Assembly: GCA_910585265.1 (NCBI GenBank)
Contig: CAJUCA010000005.1
Location: forward strand, 11,343 to 35,342
Length of the DNA: 24,000 nt
Origin: an uncultured Oscillospiraceae bacterium
Lineage (GTDB): Bacteria; Bacillota; Clostridia; Oscillospirales; Oscillospiraceae
Reading direction: 5' to 3'
Shown here in pieces: positions 15,500 through 23,011 of the stretch. Position 1 is the first letter of the stretch. The number at the start of each line of letters is the position of its first letter. The notes below the pieces were generated by a model. That model was not told where the DNA came from. It searched no databases and saw nothing but the letters and a program-made list of their open reading frames with translations. Position numbers and translations under genes: made by a program.

Positions 15500-15568
15500 T
15501 CCCGGCGGGACGGGGCATACTCCTTCTTGTATTCGGGAGTCCAACGCCATACAAAGGAGGAAACCAAG

Positions 15569-15754
15569 ATGATGAACCAGACCAACCCCAGCATCAAGTG
15601 CACGGTGAACAGCTGCTCCTACCACAAGGATCAGCACTGCACCCTCAACGAGATCCAGGTGGGCCACTGCCAGAACAGCGTGTGCGACTGCAAGGAGACC
15701 GAGTGCGCGTCCTTCAAGCTGGGCGACCACGGCACAACCTGCGGCTGTTCCTAA
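15569..15754 (+). CDS. DUF1540-like small Cys-rich protein
   Basis: 61 aa from ATG 15569, with RBS AAGGAGG at 15554-15560. The sequence IKCTVNSCSYHKDQHCTLNEIQVG...CKETECASF matches my recollection of the DUF1540 repeat. The ORF-track start at 15527 lies upstream of the RBS. Confidence 0.75.
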   Translation: MMNQTNPSIKCTVNSCSYHKDQHCTLNEIQVGHCQNSVCDCKETECASFKLGDHGTTCGCS

Positions 15755-15903
15755 AAGAAGCGCGGAGAAGCGGGCAGCGAGGGAGCTTGGAGCGGAGCGA
15801 AGGCAAAAGCCCAGGGCCCGCGCAGCGGGATCGGGTTTTGCCTGAGCCGCAGCGAAAGCGACCGAGCGTCCTGACCGCTTCGCAGCGTGACAAAAGAAGC
15901 GCG
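15753..15903 (+). repeat. AGCG-rich hairpin module bracketed by a 12-bp direct repeat
   Basis: AAAAGAAGCGCG occurs at 15753-15764 (overlapping the TAA stop) and at 15892-15903. The 127-nt interior contains the hairpin AGGCAAAA-G-CCC...GGG-TTTTGCCT (15801-15843) and about a dozen RAGCG motifs. Confidence 0.45.
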
Positions 15904-15924
15904 ACCACTGACCAAACGCGGCCG

Positions 15925-15961
15925 GAAGGCGGGACGGGCGGAAACCCGTCCCGCCTTCTTT
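15925..15961 (+). terminator. Rho-independent terminator for the DUF1540 gene
   Basis: A 14-bp stem GAAGGCGGGACGGG (15925-15938) / CCCGTCCCGCCTTC (15945-15958) with loop CGGAAA, followed by TTTACATTTT. Confidence 0.75.
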
Positions 15962-16042
15962 ACATTTTCCCCCAAAAGCCCGCCGGAAATCCGCCTGTTT
16001 TTGACGGAGCGGTGAAATTTCCAGCCCCCCAAGCATTTTACA

Positions 16043-16071
16043 TTGACAAATCCCCGCTGACACGATATCAT
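16043..16071 (+). promoter_or_regulatory. Candidate sigma-70-type promoter of the ilvBNC operon
   Basis: TTGACA (16043-16048), a 17-nt spacer, then TATCAT (16066-16071). The predicted leader to ATG 16177 is about 100 nt. Confidence 0.5.
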
Positions 16072-16115
16072 AGCTTCAATACGCTAAATTATGTATGGGC
16101 TTACACCCACCGCGG

Positions 16116-16156
16116 AGCATGGCTCGTCCTGTGTCGGACGCGGCTGTGCTTTTTTG
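16116..16156 (+). terminator. Leader terminator/attenuator hairpin upstream of ilvB
   Basis: Outer stem AGCATGGC (16116-16123) pairs with GCTGTGCT (16143-16150), including two G-U pairs. Inner stem is CGTCC (16125-16129) / GGACG (16136-16140). A T6 run follows (16150-16155), ending 5 nt before the ilvB RBS AAAGGAGG. Confidence 0.6.
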
Positions 16157-16176
16157 GATTAAAGGAGGTTCCCGCT

Positions 16177-17886
16177 ATGCGGATGAAAGGGTCCCAGATC
16201 GTCATGGAATGCCTGCTGGAGCAGGGGGTGGACACGGTGTTCGGCTACCCCGGCGGCACCATCCTCAACATCTACGACGAGTTCGAGCTTCACGGCTACC
16301 ACCAGAAGATCCACCACTACCTCACCTCCCACGAGCAGGGCGCGTCCCACGCCGCCGACGGCTACGCCCGGTCCACCGGGAAGGTGGGCGTGTGCTTCGC
16401 CACCTCCGGCCCCGGGGCCACCAACCTGGTCACCGGAATCGCCACCGCCTACTACGACTCCTCCCCCGTGGTGTTCATCACCTGCAACGTCAGCGAGAAC
16501 CTCATCGGCAAGGACTCCTTCCAGGAGGTGGATATCACCGGAATCACCATGCCCATCACCAAATGCAACTTCCTGGTGAAGGACGTGAACGAGCTGGCGG
16601 ACGTGATCCGGGAGGCCTTCGCCATCGCCCGGTCCGGCCGCCCCGGCCCGGTGCTGGTGGACATCGCCAAGAATATCACCGCCACCGAGGGGGAGTACCA
16701 ATACCTCCCCCTGGCGGAGCACCCCAACCACGGGCGGCTGGCCACCCTGCTGCGCCGCTCCAACCGGGAGCTGAAAAGCCCGGAGCCCGACCAGGGGGAC
16801 ATCGACAAGCTGCTGGAGTTCATCGCCCAGTCCCAGCGGCCCATGGTGCTGGTGGGGGGCGGCGTGATCCGCTCCAAGGGGGCGGTGCCGGAGTTCCGCA
16901 CCTTCATGGAGCGGCTGGACGCCCCGGTGGGCTCCACCATCATGGGCGGCGGGGCCTGCCCCGGAAACCACCCCCTGTTCACCGGCATGGTGGGGATGCA
17001 CGGCTCCCACGCCTCCAACATGGCCACCGCCGAGTGCGACCTGCTCATCGCCGTCGGCTGCCGCTTCTCCGACCGGGTGGCCACCGATCCCGCCTCCTTC
17101 GCCGCCAACGCCAAGATCGTACATATTGACATCGACCGGGCGGAGATCGACAAGAACGTGAAAACCTGCCACCACATCGTGGGGGACGCCCGCCGTGTGC
17201 TGGAGCTGCTGAACGAGCGGCTGCCCCAGCACGACTACGCCGCCTGGAAGGCCCAGGTATTCGCCCGGAAGGAGCTGCCCCTGAAGAAGGACAACCTCCT
17301 CCACGCCCACGAGATTTTGGAGACCATCTCCGACCTGACCAACGGCGACGCCATCATCGCCACCGACGTGGGCCAGCATCAGATGTGGTCCTGCCAGTAT
17401 TACCACTTCTCCCGCCCGGGCCAGCTGCTCACCAGCGGCGGCTTCGGCACCATGGGCTTCGGCCTGGGGGCCGCCATGGGGGCCACGGTGGGCAATCCCG
17501 GCAAGGTGGTGGTCCACTGCACCGGGGACGGCTGCTTCCGCATGAACTGCCACGAGCTGGCCACCGTGGAGCACTACGGCCTGCCCGTCATCACCGTGAT
17601 CTTCAACAACCGCACCCTGGGCATGGTGCGCCAGTGGCAGAACCTGATCTATGAGAAGCGGTTCTCCCAGACCACCCTGGACCGGGGCCCCGACTTCGTG
17701 AAGCTGGCGGAGGCCTACGGCCTCAAGGGCTTCCGGGCCGGAAGCCAGGCGGAGTTTGAGGACGCCTTCCGGCAGGCGTTGGAGACGGGCCGGGGCTGTG
17801 TCATCGACTGCGCCATCGACATGGACGCCATGGTCCACCCCATGGTGGGCGGCGGCACCCCCGTCACCGAATTCCTGCTTCACTAA
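16177..17886 (+). CDS. ilvB: Acetolactate synthase (acetohydroxy-acid synthase) large subunit, biosynthetic type
   Basis: 569 aa from ATG 16177, with RBS AAAGGAGG at 16161-16168. It has the MKGSQIVMECLLEQGVDTVFGYPGG N-terminus and the ThDP-binding GGFGTMGFGLGAAMGA...GDGCFRMN motif. The ORF-track start at 15115 is an artefactual upstream extension. Confidence 0.95.
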   Translation: MRMKGSQIVMECLLEQGVDTVFGYPGGTILNIYDEFELHGYHQKIHHYLTSHEQGASHAADGYARSTGKVGVCFATSGPGATNLVTGIATAYYDSSPVVFITCNVSENLIGKDSFQEVDITGITMPITKCNFLVKDVNELADVIREAFAIARSGRPGPVLVDIAKNITATEGEYQYLPLAEHPNHGRLATLLRRSNRELKSPEPDQGDIDKLLEFIAQSQRPMVLVGGGVIRSKGAVPEFRTFMERLDAPVGSTIMGGGACPGNHPLFTGMVGMHGSHASNMATAECDLLIAVGCRFSDRVATDPASFAANAKIVHIDIDRAEIDKNVKTCHHIVGDARRVLELLNERLPQHDYAAWKAQVFARKELPLKKDNLLHAHEILETISDLTNGDAIIATDVGQHQMWSCQYYHFSRPGQLLTSGGFGTMGFGLGAAMGATVGNPGKVVVHCTGDGCFRMNCHELATVEHYGLPVITVIFNNRTLGMVRQWQNLIYEKRFSQTTLDRGPDFVKLAEAYGLKGFRAGSQAEFEDAFRQALETGRGCVIDCAIDMDAMVHPMVGGGTPVTEFLLH

Positions 17887-17901
17887 GGGAGGAGACAAGC
17901 C

Positions 17902-18462
17902 ATGACAACCATCATCAAGCGTCACACCCTGTCGGTGCTGGTGGAGAACACCGCCGGCGTGCTCAGCCAGGTGTCCCGCCTGTTCTCCCGGAAGGGGTAT
18001 AACATCGAGTCCCTGGCAGTGGGCACCACCGACGATCCGGCGGTGTCCCGCATCACCATCGAGGTGCTGTGCGGGGAGCAGCAGGTCAGCCAGATCATCA
18101 ACCAGCTGCGCAAGCAGTTTTCCGTCTACTCCGTGCGGCTGCTGCCCCCGGAGCAGTCCATCCGCCGGGAACTGGTGCTCATCAAGGTGAAGGCGGAGAG
18201 CCGGGAGGTGCGCAATGAGGTGATCCAGATTGCCAACATCTTCCGGGCGTCCATCATCGACGTGTCCACCCAGAGCCTGACCCTGGCCATCATCGGCCAG
18301 GAGTCCAAGGACGACGCCCTGGAAAAGCTGCTGGCCGAGTTCGGCATCCTGGAGCTGGTGCGCACCGGCATGGTGGCCCTGGAGCGGGGGGAGGCCACCA
18401 TCCGCAACAATTCCGGCAACAAGGTCCGGGACGAGTTCGATTTGGGGAAGAATATCCTCTGA
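17902..18462 (+). CDS. ilvN: Acetolactate synthase small (regulatory) subunit
   Basis: 186 aa with an N-terminal ACT domain (HTLSVLVENTAGVLSQVSRLFSRKGYNIESLAVG). It lies 15 nt after ilvB, with GGGAGGAG as RBS. Confidence 0.93.
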   Translation: MTTIIKRHTLSVLVENTAGVLSQVSRLFSRKGYNIESLAVGTTDDPAVSRITIEVLCGEQQVSQIINQLRKQFSVYSVRLLPPEQSIRRELVLIKVKAESREVRNEVIQIANIFRASIIDVSTQSLTLAIIGQESKDDALEKLLAEFGILELVRTGMVALERGEATIRNNSGNKVRDEFDLGKNIL

Positions 18463-18610
18463 TTGTATCACGGTTATCATTCTTTTCCCCGACGCCGTGA
18501 TATACTCTTAGCACCATGACCCGCGCAAAACGTTCCTCCCCTCCCGCCCTCCGGGCGGGGAGGAACAAAGAAGCGTTTTCATAACATTTTTTGTGAGGAG
18601 TGTTTTTACC

Positions 18611-19630
18611 ATGGCTAAAATGTACTATGAGAAGGACTGCGACCTGAGCTGGCTGAAGGGCAAAAAGATCGCCGTCATCGGCTACGGCTCCCAGGGCCAC
18701 GCCCACGCCCTCAACCTGAAGGACTCCGGCTGCGACGTGTGCGTGGGCCTGCGGGAGGGCTCCAAGAGCCGGCCCGCCGCCGAAGCCGCCGGGCTGGCGG
18801 TGAAAACCGTCCCCAACGCCGCCCAGTGGGCGGATATCGTGATGATCCTCATCAACGACGAGGTGCAGGCCGAGGTCTACCACCGGGACATCGCCCCCTA
18901 CATGACCGAGGGCAAGGCCCTGGCCTTCGCCCACGGCTTCAACATCCGCTACCAGCAGATCGTCCCCCCCGCCGGGGTGGACGTGTTCATGGCCGCCCCC
19001 AAGGGCCCGGGCCACACCGTCCGCTCCACCTACGTGGCGGGCAAGGGCGTGCCCTGCCTGGTGGCGGTGGAGCAGGACGCCACCGGCCATGCCTACCAGA
19101 CCGCCCTGGCCTACATCGCGGGCATCGGCGGCGCGCGGGCGGGGGTGATGGAGACCACCTTCCACGACGAAACCGAGACCGACCTGTTCGGTGAGCAGAC
19201 CGTGCTGTGCGGCGGCGTGGTGGACCTGATGCGCTGCGGCTTTGAGGTGCTGGTGGAGGCGGGCTATGAGCCGGAGAACGCCTATTTCGAGTGCATCCAC
19301 GAGATGAAGCTCATCATCGACCTGATCAACAAGGGCGGCGTGGCGGCCATGAACTTCTCCATCTCCGACACCGCCGAGTTCGGCGAGTACGTCAGCGGCC
19401 CCCGGGTTATCCCCCACGAGGAGACCAAGGCCCGTATGCGCGCCGTGCTGTCCGACATCCAGGACGGCACCTTCGCGGGCAAGTGGATCGCGGAGAACAA
19501 GAACGGCCGCACCTTCTTCAACTCCAAGCGGCAGCAGCTCAAGAAGCACCAGATGGAGATCGTGGGCGGCGAGCTGCGCAAAAACATGATCTGGGGCGGC
19601 GATTCCGATCTCGACACCGCCTCCAACTAA
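18611..19630 (+). CDS. ilvC: Ketol-acid reductoisomerase
   Basis: 339 aa from ATG 18611. It has [36 protein letters not shown] (the NADP-binding GxGxQG motif) and the [11 protein letters not shown] block. The start could instead be ATG 18620. Confidence 0.95.
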   Translation: MAKMYYEKDCDLSWLKGKKIAVIGYGSQGHAHALNLKDSGCDVCVGLREGSKSRPAAEAAGLAVKTVPNAAQWADIVMILINDEVQAEVYHRDIAPYMTEGKALAFAHGFNIRYQQIVPPAGVDVFMAAPKGPGHTVRSTYVAGKGVPCLVAVEQDATGHAYQTALAYIAGIGGARAGVMETTFHDETETDLFGEQTVLCGGVVDLMRCGFEVLVEAGYEPENAYFECIHEMKLIIDLINKGGVAAMNFSISDTAEFGEYVSGPRVIPHEETKARMRAVLSDIQDGTFAGKWIAENKNGRTFFNSKRQQLKKHQMEIVGGELRKNMIWGGDSDLDTASN

Positions 19631-19646
19631 TTACGTTCCAGCAAAA

Positions 19647-19676
19647 ACGGCCCGTCCGGCATACCGGACGGGCCGT
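19647..19676 (+). terminator. Hairpin terminator after ilvC
   Basis: A 13-bp stem ACGGCCCGTCCGG (19647-19659) / CCGGACGGGCCGT (19664-19676) with loop CATA. The downstream AATATTGT is A/T-rich but is not a clean U-tract. Confidence 0.6.
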
Positions 19677-19751
19677 AATATTGTCAAAAAAGCCGCTTCT
19701 GTTCCGACGCCGGGAAAATGTTTAAGAATTGTTAAAATGCGCGGCAGCCTA

Positions 19752-19781
19752 TTGACAGCCCAATATTATTTAACGTATAAT
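19752..19781 (+). promoter_or_regulatory. Candidate sigma-70-type promoter of the PadR operon
   Basis: Consensus TTGACA (19752-19757), an 18-nt spacer, then consensus TATAAT (19776-19781). Confidence 0.55.
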
Positions 19782-19833
19782 ATCGTTTGAAAGCAAGGCC
19801 GCCCCACGGCGGCACGGAAAGAAGGGATGGCTT

Positions 19834-20154
19834 TTGGCATTCGCAATGAGTCCCCAGCTGCTGGACGGCTGTGTACTGGCGGTACTGTCCCGGGGGGACG
19901 CCTACGGCTACATCCTCACCCAGCAGATGAAGGCGCGGCTGGATATCTCTGAGTCCGCCCTGTACCCGGTGCTCCGGCGTTTGCAGCGGGACGGGCTGCT
20001 CTCGGTGTACGACCGCCCCTACCAGGGGCGCAACCGGAGGTATTACGCCATCACCCCCGTGGGCCGCACCCAGCTGGACAACCGGCGGCGGGACTGGGCG
20101 GCGTTCCGGGACGGCGTAGAGGAGCTTATGAAGGAGGAGATTCAGGATGGATAA
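19834..20154 (+). CDS. PadR-family transcriptional regulator
   Basis: About 102-106 aa with winged-helix PadR features (LLDGCVLAVLSRGDAYGYILTQQM...SALYPVLRRLQRDGLLS...RRYYAITPVG). The start is TTG 19834 or ATG 19846. Confidence 0.85.
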   Translation: MAFAMSPQLLDGCVLAVLSRGDAYGYILTQQMKARLDISESALYPVLRRLQRDGLLSVYDRPYQGRNRRYYAITPVGRTQLDNRRRDWAAFRDGVEELMKEEIQDG

Positions 20155-21298
20155 ACTGACCTATTTGGCGGAGCTGGCGGAAGGGCTGGCCCGGTGGGTG
20201 CCGGAGCGGGAGCGGCAGGACATCCTGCGCTACTACGCGGAATACTTCGACGAGGCCGGCCCCGACAAGGAGGGCCAGGTGGTGGCGGAGCTGGGGGACC
20301 CCTGGGCCCTGTCCTGCCGCCTGGCGGTGGAGGGCGGCTACGTCACCCAGCAGGGGGCGGACAGCTGGATCGCCCCGAAACGGAAGCGGCGGCCCCTGCT
20401 GGCCGCAGCTGTGGCGGCCTGCGTGATCCTTGTGGCGGTGTCGGTGGCCATGGCTGCGGCCCGGTTCGGCGGCTGGATCGGCGGGCTGGTCCGCGGCAGC
20501 GTGACCAATGGGGTCAACGTGGCGCAGGTGGAGGAGGGCATCGGGTTTGTCACCCTCCCGCAGGAGCCGTCAGTGGAGTTTATCGAGGGCAAGGAGTTCA
20601 TGGGCGGGTTCTGGACCGAGCAGAACAGCAATCTGGATCCGTTCCTGTCCATCGACGCCAACATCAGCCTGGGAAACATCACCGTCACCGAGGGGAGCGA
20701 CTTCACCCTCTATATCCAGTATCCCGGCAACCTGAGCCATATCCTGGAGTGGGAGGTAAAGGACGGCGTTCTGAAGATCCGGGACTCCGACGCCTTGCCC
20801 CACGTGGAGGTCAGCAGCTGGGAGGATTTCTGGGATCTGTTCGGGGGCCGCAGCGAGGCGGCGCGGGTGGACATCACCGTACCCGCCGGGACGCTGCTGG
20901 AGACGCTGGAGCTCAAAACGGGCCTGGGCGATGTGTTCCTGTCCGGCCTGGAGGTCAACAAGATAGAGAGCAAGACGGGCCTGGGCGATGTGGAGTGCTT
21001 TGAGCTTCAGGCCCGGAAAAAGCTGACGCTGAAAAGCGGCATGGGCGATGTGAACCTGGGCCTGGAGGAGCTGTGGGACGGCGTGGCCATAGAGCTGAAA
21101 ACTGGCATGGGCAATGTGGAGGCCAGCCTGGACTGCCCGGAGCGGGGCTGCCGCTACGAGGTCAAGACCGGGATGGGGAACATCCTGATCAACGGCCAGT
21201 CCCGGGGAACCAAGGCCGTCCGGGACGGAAGCGCGCCCTACAAGCTGGAAATAGACAACGGCATGGGGGACATCAAGCTGTACTTTCAGGAGGGATGA
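20147..21298 (+). CDS. DUF1700-like N-terminal domain, TM segment and DUF4097-like beta-repeat domain protein
   Basis: 383 aa. The ATG overlaps the padR stop by 8 nt, and RBS AAGGAGGAG lies upstream. The N-terminus is MDKLTYLAELAEGLARWVPERERQDILRYYAEYFDEAG, followed by one TM segment. The C-terminus has K-[TS]-G-[LM]-G-[DN]-V repeats. Confidence 0.8.
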   Translation: MDKLTYLAELAEGLARWVPERERQDILRYYAEYFDEAGPDKEGQVVAELGDPWALSCRLAVEGGYVTQQGADSWIAPKRKRRPLLAAAVAACVILVAVSVAMAAARFGGWIGGLVRGSVTNGVNVAQVEEGIGFVTLPQEPSVEFIEGKEFMGGFWTEQNSNLDPFLSIDANISLGNITVTEGSDFTLYIQYPGNLSHILEWEVKDGVLKIRDSDALPHVEVSSWEDFWDLFGGRSEAARVDITVPAGTLLETLELKTGLGDVFLSGLEVNKIESKTGLGDVECFELQARKKLTLKSGMGDVNLGLEELWDGVAIELKTGMGNVEASLDCPERGCRYEVKTGMGNILINGQSRGTKAVRDGSAPYKLEIDNGMGDIKLYFQEG

Positions 21299-21304
21299 CC
21301 GGTG

Positions 21305-22813
21305 ATGATCCAGAGGAAAAAATCCGGGCTGCTGTCCCTGCTGCTGGTGCTTGCCCTGCTGGCGGGCTGCGCCCCGGCGGCGGAAACGCCGCCCCCCGGC
21401 CCCATCCCCTCCCAGTCCGTGTCCACCCCCGCCCCCACCCCGGAGCCCACCCCCACCCCTGCGCCGGAGCCGGTGGACTTCCATGAATTTTTGGACGGGG
21501 TGAACGCCGCCCGGAAAGCCATCGTCGATCAGAAGGGGCACATCGACATCTCCGCCTATACCCCGGACTTCCGCGAGCAGAACAACACCTTCACGGAGGA
21601 GGAGATGGAACTGCTCACCACCGAGCGTAAGTTTTTGGAGTCCTTGCCCCTGGAGGATGCGCTGGAGGATGTGGACACCTTCTTCCGGCTCCTTCAGACC
21701 ACCTATGGGGCCTATTACTACTTCGGCGGGGACGAGGTTTTCCTCCCCATCCGGGACGCGGTGAAGGAGGAGCTGACCGCCATCAGCATCCCCAGTACCA
21801 AGAATCAGAACGAAACCCAGTACCTGAGCGAGGCACCGGGGCGAATTCTGTACAAGCACCTCTCCCCGGTGCTGTTGGACGGCCATTTCATGATTGGACA
21901 ATACGCCCCCCGGAACACCTTCGCCAAGTATATGTACTATGTGCCCAACCTCTACCGGGACAGCGTGGAGGGCGCGGAAAATCCCGGCTACCTCAAGCCC
22001 ACCATCGGCCCGGACGGGCGGATCTGCTACTGGTATGCCGCCCTCAGCCATGACGGGAGCGATCTGCCCGACACCCTGGACGGGATCTCCCTCAAGTGGA
22101 GGTGGCAGAAGGCCCTGCGGGCAAGCAGCGACAATGCCGCCCCCGCCTTTTCCGAATCGGAGTGGGAGGGGATTCCCGTCCTCACCTCCCGGCGTATGAA
22201 TGCTGGATGGGAGAACGCCGACGCAAACGAGCAGGCCCTCCAGCGTCTGGCCGACTGCGGCGGGGAGTATGCGGACAGCCCCTTACTTATTTTTGATGTG
22301 CGTGGGAATCCCGGCGGCAATGACCTGTATATCATGAAGTGGTTCGAGGGCTGGGCTGGGACAAAAGCGGCACCTCGGAGAGCATTCTCTCTTCGGTATA
22401 GCCAGCTATCTTGCAGTAAGTTTCTCAACGGCTATCCTGCCGAATACATGGGTACCTTCAGCCATTACATCAGCCCTGGGGAGTGGGCGGAGCATTCCGG
22501 CCCCGTCTTTGTCCTTCAGGACAAAGGGACGGCCTCCTCGGGAGAGACGGCGGTGGAGTTTTTCCGTACGGCGGCGGACACCCTGTTTGTGGGCGGGCCC
22601 ACCCTGGGCTGCGCCCTCACACCCAACAATGTGAACCTGTACCTCCCGCACTCGGGGCTGCAATGCTACTTTGGCACCGGCCTCACCTTCTGCGAGACCG
22701 ATGAAAACCTGGACGGCGTGGGCTACCTCCCCGACCTGTGGGTGGAGCCCACCCGGGCCATGGAGCTCACCCAAAAGCTCATCGAATTTTATGGACTGAA
22801 CCAGCCCCAATAA
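21305..22813 (+). CDS. Lipoprotein, putative S41-family (tail-specific-protease-like) peptidase
   Basis: About 502 aa with the lipobox LALLAGC and a Pro/Thr-rich linker. The FDVRGNPGGN and KGTASSGETAVEF blocks resemble the S41 DLRxNxGG / SASAsE motifs. The start is ATG 21305 or GTG 21302. Confidence 0.7.
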   Translation: MIQRKKSGLLSLLLVLALLAGCAPAAETPPPGPIPSQSVSTPAPTPEPTPTPAPEPVDFHEFLDGVNAARKAIVDQKGHIDISAYTPDFREQNNTFTEEEMELLTTERKFLESLPLEDALEDVDTFFRLLQTTYGAYYYFGGDEVFLPIRDAVKEELTAISIPSTKNQNETQYLSEAPGRILYKHLSPVLLDGHFMIGQYAPRNTFAKYMYYVPNLYRDSVEGAENPGYLKPTIGPDGRICYWYAALSHDGSDLPDTLDGISLKWRWQKALRASSDNAAPAFSESEWEGIPVLTSRRMNAGWENADANEQALQRLADCGGEYADSPLLIFDVRGNPGGNDLYIMKWFEGWAGTKAAPRRAFSLRYSQLSCSKFLNGYPAEYMGTFSHYISPGEWAEHSGPVFVLQDKGTASSGETAVEFFRTAADTLFVGGPTLGCALTPNNVNLYLPHSGLQCYFGTGLTFCETDENLDGVGYLPDLWVEPTRAMELTQKLIEFYGLNQPQ

Positions 22814-22818
22814 ACAGC

Positions 22819-22850
22819 AGGCCCCCCGGAGCTTCCGGGGGGCCTGTTTT
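22819..22850 (+). terminator. Rho-independent terminator after the S41-like gene
   Basis: A 12-bp stem AGGCCCCCCGGA (22819-22830) / TCCGGGGGGCCT (22834-22845) followed by GTTTT. Confidence 0.8.
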
Positions 22851-22851
22851 A

Positions 22852-23011
22852 GAACCTGTATTCACAGCCGAGGATGCCATCGGGGCGAGGAATTTTTCCG
22901 TCAGACAAGGCGCGTTTTCGCGGGAATACTTTGTGTATTTCAAGAAAACGCAACGCGGTATGACGGAAAAAGGCCCGTCCAGACGGCGTTTGAGGCTGTG
23001 AATACAGGTTC
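22852..23011 (-). mobile_element. 160-bp hairpin MITE-like non-autonomous element (copy B, inverted relative to copy A)
   Basis: It has perfect 18-bp TIRs GAACCTGTATTCACAGCC (22852-22869) / GGCTGTGAATACAGGTTC (22994-23011). The flanks are TTA (22849-22851) and TCA (23012-23014). Its interior aligns to copy A only as reverse complement, including an identical 22-nt core (22923-22944). Confidence 0.7.

Noticed and set aside
13547-15754. The cluster of small or uncharacterised genes (DUF3795, 70-aa ORF, membrane protein, DUF1540) as a defence or toxin-antitoxin island.
   Set aside because: There are no nuclease, ATPase, methyltransferase, toxin-like or mobility genes. The genes are in mixed orientation with their own RBSs and terminators, and only the DUF3795 gene shows lower GC.
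15115-16176. A 1-kb upstream extension of the ilvB ORF (ORF-track start at 15115).
   Set aside because: The extension runs through the membrane-protein and DUF1540 genes, two terminators and a promoter. The conserved IlvB N-terminus begins at ATG 16177, just after a strong RBS.
16078-16176. A T-box riboswitch or a branched-chain-amino-acid leader peptide in the ilvB leader.
   Set aside because: The leader is too short for Stem I/specifier architecture, and only ACCGCG matches the T-box core. The only leader ORF (16091-16162) has no Leu/Val/Ile run.
19771-19787. AACGTATAATATCGTT overlapping the padR -10 as a PadR operator palindrome.
   Set aside because: Only the outer AACG/CGTT quartets are truly inverted. 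The centre is just the TATAAT box and its AT-rich context.
20918-21290. Periodic nucleotide repeats, for example the 18-nt perfect direct repeat ACGGGCCTGGGCGATGTG at 20918-20935 and 20975-20992 (57-nt period).
   Set aside because: They are in frame and encode the K-T-G-L-G-D-V beta-repeat units of the DUF4097-like domain. They are not a CRISPR or satellite array.
22873-22962. A small peptide encoded inside the hairpin elements: ATG 22875 gives 29 aa in copy B, and the equivalent ATG on the reverse strand of copy A gives 39 aa.
   Set aside because: The two copies read the identical 22-nt core in different frames, and the peptides do not align. There is no RBS.
11971-23011. An 11-kb composite element bounded by the solo end at 11971 and the inverted matching end at 22994-23011.
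   Set aside because: The interval contains core metabolism genes (sdaAB/AA, ilvBNC) at normal GC with no transposase. The right end already pairs perfectly with its own partner 160 bp away.
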